Positions 8,618 through 15,145 of a stretch of DNA of 32,000 nt are shown in pieces. The stretch's first letter is position 1; every line of letters starts with the position of its first letter. The notes beneath the pieces were generated by a model, which searched no databases, was not told the origin of the DNA, and saw only the letters and a list, made by a program, of their open reading frames with translations. The DNA lies in the NCBI RefSeq assembly GCF_000092465.1, contig NC_014205.1, positions 1,080,001 to 1,112,000 on the forward strand. The letters run 5' to 3'. The DNA comes from Staphylothermus hellenicus DSM 12710. GTDB lineage: Archaea > Thermoproteota > Thermoprotei_A > Sulfolobales > Desulfurococcaceae. The translations under genes were made by a program, and so were the position numbers.

Positions 8618-9166
8618 TTGGGTAGGGTACCATATATTCCAAGCTCTTATACAGCTGTTAGAAACGCTATGGAGTTAGCAAGGGTTGGTCCAGGGGATAT
8701 ATTGTATGATTTGGGTGCTGGTGATGGAAGAGTGGTGGTTGAAGCAGCAAAAAGAGGAGCATTAGCGGTAGCTGTTGAAATTGATCCTTCATTTTCAGCA
8801 TTAATACGTTTGAGAGCCAGGGAGGCTGGGCTGGATGATAAGATTATAGTTTTAGAAGATGATTTCTTCAATACCTATCTAGGATTTGCAACTGTTATTT
8901 ATCAGTATCTTTATCCCAGCATATCTAGAGAGCTAGCGTTGAAGTATAGTAGAGAATTAAGAAAAGGAACACGTATTATAGCTTATAATCTTCCAATCCC
9001 CGGTTGGATACCTGTTAAAATCTATAGGTTTATAGATGAGAACGGGGCTATCACGACACATTATCTGTATGTAAAGGGTATAAGTGATCCAAGTTCGTGG
9101 ATTCTTAGGCACGAAACTCTACCTCCCATCAATATTGAATATGTGATGAATATTGTTGGAGATTAA
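8618..9166 (+). CDS. Class I SAM-dependent methyltransferase, resembles the crenarchaeal protein-lysine methyltransferase (aKMT) family
   Basis: 182 aa with a TTG start (an upstream in-frame ATG at 8606 runs into TAA). Motif I is ILYDLGAGDGRVVVEAA. The overall pattern (VPYIP...DLGxGDGR...AVEI...GTRII...IPGW...HYLY) matches my memory of Sulfolobus aKMT. This is unverified. Confidence 0.6.
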   Translation: MGRVPYIPSSYTAVRNAMELARVGPGDILYDLGAGDGRVVVEAAKRGALAVAVEIDPSFSALIRLRAREAGLDDKIIVLEDDFFNTYLGFATVIYQYLYPSISRELALKYSRELRKGTRIIAYNLPIPGWIPVKIYRFIDENGAITTHYLYVKGISDPSSWILRHETLPPINIEYVMNIVGD

Positions 9167-9167
9167 T

Positions 9168-10196
9168 ATGATCGGAATAGTTTGGGGTAATAGACCATTA
9201 TACTTTGTTAATGGAGCACCTCTATATGGATATATTGGTTTTGGAGTAATTGATAGAGGAACAAATGTTTTACAAGTTCGACCCACAACTCTGTGCCCAT
9301 TAAACTGTATCTTCTGCAGTGTAGATGCTGGGCCGCATAGTAGGAATAGACAAGCGGAATTCATGGTTGATCCTGATTCCATATATGAAGCAACTCTTGA
9401 AATTGCTAGATTTAAAGGAGGCGGGGTAGAAGCATTAATTGATACTGTAGGAGATCCGTTGACATATCCTTATATAACCTATCTAGTTAAGAAACTGAAA
9501 AGAAACCCCTACATTTCAAGCATAGCCCTCGAAACACATGGAGCCCTCTTATCCCATAGACTCATAGATGAGTTAGATGAGGCCGGCCTAGACCGTATAA
9601 ACCTAAGTATAGATACACTAGATAATAATAAAGCAAAAATATTGCAGGGAACGAAATGGTTCAATATTGATAAAGTTAAAAAGCTTGCAGAGTACATCGT
9701 TAAGGAAACAAATATAGATCTACATGTAACACCTGTGTGGATACCGGGTATTAACGATGACGATGTTATAGAAGTTGTTAAGTGGGCATATCGAATTGGT
9801 GCCGGCAAAAAATGGCCTCCAGCAACAATTCAGAGATACAATATACATAAGTATGGAAGAAAAGTTGCAGGAGTAAAACCTCTAAAATGGAGCGTGTTCT
9901 GGAGGAAAATTAGAGAAATAGAGAAAACTACCGGTCTCCGAGTATCTTGGGAAATGCATGAATGGAAAATGGAGAAGAGGAAACGTTACCCATGTCCTTA
10001 TAGAAAAAACAATGTTGCTGCTGTAAAAATTATATCTCCAGGTCTTTTCAGGGGAGAATACATAGGTGTAGTAGCTAAGAAAGAATGGCTCATAACAGTC
10101 TACGGTGGAAGAAAAGAGATCGGTCACACATATTATGTTAAAATAATAAATGATAAGGATTGCTTACTAATAGGCAAGATTATGGGAGAAATATGA
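9168..10196 (+). CDS. Radical SAM protein with a C-terminal beta-rich (TRAM/PUA-like) extension
   Basis: CPLNCIFCS is a CxxxCxxC cluster motif. GDPLTYP is the glycine-rich SAM motif. I prefer the ATG at 9168 (GGAG 8 nt upstream, 1 nt after the upstream TAA) over the track's TTG at 9153. Confidence 0.8.
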   Translation: MIGIVWGNRPLYFVNGAPLYGYIGFGVIDRGTNVLQVRPTTLCPLNCIFCSVDAGPHSRNRQAEFMVDPDSIYEATLEIARFKGGGVEALIDTVGDPLTYPYITYLVKKLKRNPYISSIALETHGALLSHRLIDELDEAGLDRINLSIDTLDNNKAKILQGTKWFNIDKVKKLAEYIVKETNIDLHVTPVWIPGINDDDVIEVVKWAYRIGAGKKWPPATIQRYNIHKYGRKVAGVKPLKWSVFWRKIREIEKTTGLRVSWEMHEWKMEKRKRYPCPYRKNNVAAVKIISPGLFRGEYIGVVAKKEWLITVYGGRKEIGHTYYVKIINDKDCLLIGKIMGEI

Positions 10197-10210
10197 ATAA
10201 AACGATAAGA

Positions 10211-10218
10211 TTTAATAA
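10211..10218 (+). promoter_or_regulatory. TATA-like box for the tRNA 3'-half transcript
   Basis: TTTAATAA is centred about 29 nt upstream of the first G of the leader (10244). That spacing is typical for archaeal TATA-to-start distance. Confidence 0.35.
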
Positions 10219-10243
10219 TCAATAAGAATAATTCCACAAAATA

Positions 10244-10308
10244 GGGGGGCCAGCCGATAGCCGAGGCTCTTAACCCGTAGGTCCCGGGTTCAAATCCCGG
10301 CGGGCCCG
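10244..10308 (+). tRNA. tRNA-Lys(CUU) 3' half (leader 10244-10264/5, exon 10265/6-10308)
   Basis: The exon covers tRNA positions 30/31-73. It contains the anticodon loop CTCTTAA (anticodon CTT at 10269-10271), anticodon-stem 3' strand CCCGT and variable loop AGGTC. It also contains the T arm CCGGG-TTCAAAT-CCCGG, acceptor 3' strand CGGGCCC and discriminator G. No CCA is encoded. No acceptor 5' strand or D arm lies upstream. Instead there is a GC-rich leader GGGGGGCCAGCCGATA that is complementary to 15078-15093. Confidence 0.9.
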
Positions 10309-10375
10309 CTTCTACAATTTTCTATAGTCTTCTAAACATTTTTGAATACAAGTTTATTCGGCGGTGTCTCTATAA

Positions 10376-11275
10376 ATGGTAATGAGGCCCTTATTTAGTG
10401 GAGAAGATATTGATCTCCATATTGTTTTAGGAACTCCTATTCTTTATTCCAGAAGTTATGACATGATTATTTTCTCAGATGTACATTTAGGTTTCGAGGA
10501 ATCGGTGGCTAGGGGTTTAGATTATAGTAGTCGTAGAGTTTCAACACGATATACTGGAATGTTTATTCCGAAGATCCAGTTAAGAAATACATTGAAGAAA
10601 TTAGGCTTTGTATTTAAATATTTGAAGCCCAAACGTGTAATAATAAATGGAGATCTCAAGCATGCATTCGATAGGCTTCTCCGACAGGAAAGAGAAGAAG
10701 TTAAGAAACTCCTTAATTATCTAATATCTAATGGTGTTAAGGAAATAATAGTTGTGAGAGGAAATCATGATAATTTCTTACCGATTATTTTAAGAGAGTA
10801 TGGAATAGAATTAGTGAGAGAATACGAATTATATTTTAACAACTATAAAACACTCTTCATTCATGGACATTTAGAAAAAGATATATCCAAATACGATCTA
10901 GTAGTAATTGGCCATGAACATCCAAGTCTAAGATGTTTTAATACATATAAATTCCCGGCTTTCTTAATAGTACCTACTATACTTGGAAACAGAATAGTTG
11001 TGCTACCGGCAATGAGTGCTTATCATCCGGGAACATCTATTTCTCTTGACCCCGAAAACTATTTATCACCGCTAATTAAGAAATACGGCATCTTAAATAA
11101 GGCAAGAGTTATTGTTTGGGTGGAATATGAAACAGTTGAAGATATCGAGTTTGGTATTGAGAGTACTGTTTCGGAGGATCTAGTAATTATTGATAATTAT
11201 CAATTAGATAATAGAGGAATTTCAGTTATAGAGTTTAAAGATATAGAAACTGCTCTATTAACGTGTGGATTATAA
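10376..11275 (+). CDS. Metallophosphoesterase (calcineurin-like, ICC/SbcD-like)
   Basis: Motifs appear in order: FSDVHLG, NGDLKH, VRGNHDN, IHGH, GHEHP. Confidence 0.8.
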   Translation: MVMRPLFSGEDIDLHIVLGTPILYSRSYDMIIFSDVHLGFEESVARGLDYSSRRVSTRYTGMFIPKIQLRNTLKKLGFVFKYLKPKRVIINGDLKHAFDRLLRQEREEVKKLLNYLISNGVKEIIVVRGNHDNFLPIILREYGIELVREYELYFNNYKTLFIHGHLEKDISKYDLVVIGHEHPSLRCFNTYKFPAFLIVPTILGNRIVVLPAMSAYHPGTSISLDPENYLSPLIKKYGILNKARVIVWVEYETVEDIEFGIESTVSEDLVIIDNYQLDNRGISVIEFKDIETALLTCGL

Positions 11276-11282
11276 TAGTAGC

Positions 11283-12299
11283 TTATTTTACTGATAAATC
11301 CCTTGATACTTTTACGGCATCGAATCCGTGGCGGACTATTACAGATACTTTTTTAACATTTACATTACTTTTTCCTAATACCTCTTTAATTAGTTCTACT
11401 ATGCTATTAGCCAGACTTATCATTTTTTGTCTTTTACGTGTAAGGCCTAATCGAGTCACTATAACTTCTAATAAAATTTTTTCTTTATCTCCTCTAATTA
11501 TTGCTTGGGGTATATTTACTTGGTTTTTGAATGCGTGTTTAATTATTCTCTCATTGAGCTCCAATATTGATTGATCAATAGATATTGCCTCTTTTATCTT
11601 AACAGGTTGAAAATCTTTTTCCTCAGTTATCTCTTGTTTATTTTCCCTTGTTAAACCTAGAGATGCGAGAACTTGTGGCGGTAGAAATTGTCTTGCTAAT
11701 TCACTTGGTATTGGAGCTGTTTTAGATGTTGAAGTTTCAACTGGTATGGTGGTGGCTGGAGCTATTTCTTTGGGCTCAATTATTTTACCAACTTCTTTGA
11801 ATCTTCTAGTTTTTAAAAGGGTTTTCTTAGATGTAGGTTTTTCTAATGACTCCGTGGAGACAATATTATCGATATTGATACCTAGTCTTTTCTTGATAAA
11901 GTCTAATGATACCTCTGTTATCTCGATTACCCCAGCTACGTAGATGTTTTTGTTTATTCTACTAGTTATTTCTTCTAATAGTCTTGTACCTGATAACTTC
12001 TCATCATCTACTTCTCCCGAGGCAGCTATTGCTATACCATTACATACAAGTATACTGAGCTCATCCCATGTTCCAGTTTCTTTTCGTAAACTGATCCTGC
12101 TGTATATGCATTTTCTACGACTCTTACTAATTAACTCTTTAAAAACACCCGCTATGTCTTCTCCTATTACCCTTATAACGCCTTGAAATACTCCCTCCAA
12201 AGTTATATATGCTTCAAAAGCACTGCTTCTTATCTTTTCGCTGATATTATCTATTCCTTCATATAATTCGAGCTCAACCGCTTTAGGCTCCTTAGCCAA
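11283..12299 (-). CDS. Hypothetical protein (two globular regions joined by a Pro/Thr/Ser/Lys linker)
   Basis: 338-aa ORF. The start codon is TTG at 12299 (read directly). The only internal Met is near the C-terminus. I recognise no family. Confidence 0.6.
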   Translation of the reverse strand: MAKEPKAVELELYEGIDNISEKIRSSAFEAYITLEGVFQGVIRVIGEDIAGVFKELISKSRRKCIYSRISLRKETGTWDELSILVCNGIAIAASGEVDDEKLSGTRLLEEITSRINKNIYVAGVIEITEVSLDFIKKRLGINIDNIVSTESLEKPTSKKTLLKTRRFKEVGKIIEPKEIAPATTIPVETSTSKTAPIPSELARQFLPPQVLASLGLTRENKQEITEEKDFQPVKIKEAISIDQSILELNERIIKHAFKNQVNIPQAIIRGDKEKILLEVIVTRLGLTRKRQKMISLANSIVELIKEVLGKSNVNVKKVSVIVRHGFDAVKVSRDLSVK

Positions 12300-12551
12300 T
12301 ATGTTTGCACCCTATGATGTAAAATACCCACGTCGATATTGTTCTTCAGGCAATCGACCCTTCTTCATCCCCCTATATAAGGGGTTAGGCTATGTCGGCC
12401 TCAACATCAACTATATATAATCTCAGTTAATACCCTTAATATTCTTATATTGGCACTAATTGGTAATAATATAAATAATAGCGATGTTAATGTGAGATTT
12501 TATACGGGTCTATAGATTATCATGGAATAATAGAATAAAAGTACGGGGCGT

Positions 12552-13661
12552 GTGATCATGATATGGTGGTTTTATGATCCCCTAGTTATCATCGCGATGC
12601 TCCTAGCATATATAATAGGATTTATAACGCTTAACATTATTGCTTCCTTAATTGCCCCTAGAGTTGCTAGAAAATTATCGAATAAGTTTTCATTTTATAC
12701 ATCAATGTATGTTGCGGGAGCGATAGTTTTCATAGGAGGATTTACAGCAATTTATATTCTATGGTTAATTATTGAAAACTTGGGATACAGTATATTATTC
12801 ACAGACTTAATTATTTTCGTTATAATAATGAATATTGTAATGTATATTATTTCTCCAATAATCATCAATGTATCTTATGGAGCACGCCATGATCCAGAGC
12901 TACAAATGCTTGTCGACGAAGCTGCTAGGAGGGCGGGTATGAAGCCTCCTAAAGCCATCGTTGTTAATGGTCCTCCCAATGCTTTCGCATATGGTAACTC
13001 GTTAACCGGCAAATATGTCGCAGTAACCACGGGCATGTTAGGCATTGTTGATAAAAACGAGTTGTTAGGAGTAATAGGTCATGAGCTCGGACATCATAAA
13101 CACAGAGATAACTTCATAATGTTGTTTATGGGGATTATTCCAAGCATAATATATTATCTAGGCCTACTATTTATGAGAACAGGTCTTGCAGGAGGATACG
13201 GTAGGGAGAGAGAAGAAGGGAATCCATTACTATTATTGCTTATAGGTATTGGAGCTATTCTATTAAGCTTAATAATACAAGTGTTCATTCTAGCTTTTAG
13301 TAGATTAAGAGAATACTATGCAGACGCTCATGGAGCATATGTTGCTGGAAACAAGGAGATGCAACGAGCATTAGCTAAGCTACACATGTATTATTCATAT
13401 AACAAAGAAATGCGTGAACACATAGACTCTAGTAAGCTAAGGACACTCTTCATTTACGCATTAACAGAGGCAGTCGCAAATCCATTCTACCCATATAATT
13501 ATAGAAGAAGTATAAGTTATGGAGATGTTGACAAATTAATAGAGAAAATAAAGAATTTACCAGTTGATCCAGCAAGAGAAATTCTCAGCAGCCATCCACC
13601 CATACCGAAAAGGTTGAGATTCCTTGACAACATATTGTTAAACAACGAAAGAATAAGATGA
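12552..13661 (+). CDS. htpX: Membrane zinc metalloprotease, M48/HtpX-like
   Basis: Several N-terminal TM segments are present. The zinc motif is HELGHHKHRD (HExxH), with a downstream third-ligand region REYYADAH and a C-terminal SSHPPIPKRL. The start is GTG at 12552 (alternative ATG at 12558). Confidence 0.85.
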   Translation: MIMIWWFYDPLVIIAMLLAYIIGFITLNIIASLIAPRVARKLSNKFSFYTSMYVAGAIVFIGGFTAIYILWLIIENLGYSILFTDLIIFVIIMNIVMYIISPIIINVSYGARHDPELQMLVDEAARRAGMKPPKAIVVNGPPNAFAYGNSLTGKYVAVTTGMLGIVDKNELLGVIGHELGHHKHRDNFIMLFMGIIPSIIYYLGLLFMRTGLAGGYGREREEGNPLLLLLIGIGAILLSLIIQVFILAFSRLREYYADAHGAYVAGNKEMQRALAKLHMYYSYNKEMREHIDSSKLRTLFIYALTEAVANPFYPYNYRRSISYGDVDKLIEKIKNLPVDPAREILSSHPPIPKRLRFLDNILLNNERIR

Positions 13662-14104
13662 AAACCTTGTTTGTTGAAGGAATAATTATAGTCTTAGATC
13701 TGGACCGTTTCGAGGAATACACAATTAAATACGGCCTCGACCAATATAAGCCCAATACCATAACAGGTATGTTAACAAGTCTCGTTGAAAACTTTATAAG
13801 AAAATGGAGAGCAGTTGTAGTGTATGGACTAGACTATGAAAGAGGTACAGAAGAAACGATAATCGAGATCCCATACGGATTTGAACAAATAGATGAAATC
13901 GTTAAGGATCTAAAGGCTATAAAAGACGAAATTAATAAGGCAGGTGCATTAATAACCATTGTAGTCGTTAAAGACTATGTTTTAGGAAGAAAAGCTAGAA
14001 ATAGGAAAGAAGCATATCATGGAACACCAGGCAGAAGAAGAGCTATTCGCGTGTTAAGAAAAGCTAAAAGAGCCGGTGGCAATAAATTGGTTGTGCTTAT
14101 ATAG
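13658..14104 (+). CDS. Small protein with GGDEF/cyclase-palm-like motif pattern and a basic tail (hypothetical)
   Basis: 148 aa. The ATG overlaps the protease TGA (ATGA at 13658-13661). IIIVLDLDRFEEY is followed about 50 residues later by VVVYGLDYERGTEETIIEI, then a helix, then ALITIVVV. The tail is Arg/Lys-rich (GRKARNRK...GRRRAIRVLRKAKRAG). Confidence 0.6.
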   Translation: MKTLFVEGIIIVLDLDRFEEYTIKYGLDQYKPNTITGMLTSLVENFIRKWRAVVVYGLDYERGTEETIIEIPYGFEQIDEIVKDLKAIKDEINKAGALITIVVVKDYVLGRKARNRKEAYHGTPGRRRAIRVLRKAKRAGGNKLVVLI

Positions 14105-14202
14105 ATTATAAGAATAAGTAGTTCTCTCTGAAAAATTACTTGTTAAAAAGTATAATTTCGCACCAAAAAGAAATAAGTTGATAGATATTATTAGGGAAAC
14201 CA

Positions 14203-14268
14203 ATTCAGTGTGAGACTAGGGTCTTCATCCCTACAATACGGGTCCTAGGCTGCCCACGTCATCATTCA
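14203..14268 (-). ncRNA. Candidate C/D-box sRNA (2'-O-methylation guide)
   Basis: Minus strand: C box aATGATGA (14266-14259), 12-nt guide CGTGGGCAGCCT, D'-like AGGA (14246-14243). A CCC-gtattgta-GGG mini-hairpin follows, then C' ATGAAGA (14228-14222) and a 13-nt guide CCCTAGTCTCACA. The D box CTGA is at 14208-14205. It is a GC-rich island in AT-rich spacer. A palindromic TTATATAA (14288-14295) lies about 26 nt upstream. The D'-C' spacer is longer than usual. Confidence 0.45.
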
Positions 14269-14314
14269 GGGCTGTATAATGTTTTAATTATATAATATTT
14301 TTAACTATACCCGA

Positions 14315-14914
14315 TCACCAACTTCTCTTCGGCAATAAACAGTCTAGATCTAGTAGTTTCTTAGCAATATTTCTAACCGCCATTTCTACTTCGCTTTCCT
14401 CCTTTGCACCAGTAATAACCATTTTTCCACTACTGAAAATTAATAGGACAACCCGTGGCTCCCTCATACGATGAATAAGTCCGGGAAACTGTTCAGGCTC
14501 ATACATGCTATCTTCTAATAAATAAGCTGCTCTCTCCAAATTAATATATGCATTAATATCTCCAGATGCTACAATATTTTGGATCTGTATACGGGGCTTT
14601 GAAACTATTTTAATACCATATTTTCTCAGCAACTTAATTATTTTCTTAACAGCATCTATTAGTTGCTGAGTACTTTTAGCGCCTGTTACAACCATTTTGC
14701 CGGATTTAAATATTAATGCAGTTGTTTTTGGTTTTTCCAGTCTTAATATTAAACCTGGAAACTGATCAGGTTGGTAGCTAACATTTGGGACACGGCTCTC
14801 GATAAGGTTGAGATCAAGGGATTGATCAATAATGACTGTGGCAACTATGTTTTCGATCTTCGTTGTAGGTCTTAAATCTATTTCCCTCTTCACATCGGTA
14901 ACCAAATTTATCAC
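14315..14914 (-). CDS. tbp: TATA-box binding protein
   Basis: Two tandem TBP repeats are present (IENIVATV...[28 protein letters not shown] and IQNIVASG...[28 protein letters not shown]). The start is GTG. Confidence 0.95.
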   Translation of the reverse strand: MINLVTDVKREIDLRPTTKIENIVATVIIDQSLDLNLIESRVPNVSYQPDQFPGLILRLEKPKTTALIFKSGKMVVTGAKSTQQLIDAVKKIIKLLRKYGIKIVSKPRIQIQNIVASGDINAYINLERAAYLLEDSMYEPEQFPGLIHRMREPRVVLLIFSSGKMVITGAKEESEVEMAVRNIAKKLLDLDCLLPKRSW

Positions 14915-15012
14915 CCGCTTATCAATAGTTTAAAAGACTATTATGGAATTTAAATATAATCTCTGCACCTAATATTATTTAAAACTAGTTATTCGGTAAA
15001 ATTTAAAAGCTG

Positions 15013-15020
15013 ATTTATAC
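15013..15020 (+). promoter_or_regulatory. TATA-like box for the tRNA 5'-half transcript
   Basis: ATTTATAC lies 26-33 nt upstream of G1 of the tRNA (15046). Confidence 0.35.
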
Positions 15021-15045
15021 AAGAAATAGTTGGACAAGAGAAAAA

Positions 15046-15093
15046 GGGCCCGTAGCTCAGCCTGGTAGAGCGGCGGATAACGGCTGGCCCCCC
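15046..15093 (+). tRNA. tRNA-Lys(CUU) 5' half (exon 15046-15075/6, trailer to 15093)
   Basis: GGGCCCG-TA-GCTC-AGCCTGGTA-GAGC-G-GCGG gives the acceptor 5' strand (a perfect complement of 10301-10307), the D arm, position 26 and anticodon-stem positions 27-30. No anticodon loop or T arm follows. Instead A plus TAACGGCTGGCCCCCC (15078-15093) follows. That trailer is the reverse complement of 10244-10259 with one A.A mismatch. Confidence 0.9.
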
Positions 15094-15145
15094 TCCTTGC
15101 ATCTACTCATACATTTACTGTTATTCATAGAAATAATTCAACAAA

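Noticed and set aside
9153-9167. TTG start for the radical SAM gene. By analogy, also the TTG start at 30517 for the CBS gene.
   Set aside because: The downstream ATGs (9168 and 30496) are each preceded by a well-spaced GGAG/AGGTGG. They also avoid overlap with neighbouring sequence.
12344-12412. Second C/D-box-like arrangement on the minus strand (TTGATGT ... CCCC-ttata-GGGG ... ATGAAGA-N12-CTGA). Its layout resembles the 14203-14268 candidate.
   Set aside because: The C box is degenerate and no GA-containing D' is present. The TATA-like elements (12371-12384, 12412-12420) would start transcription inside it. It more likely belongs to the promoter and 5' leader of the 11283-12299 gene. The 6-bp inverted repeat GTCGAT/ATCGAC at 12332-12358 lies in the same leader. 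It is worth a covariance-model check only.
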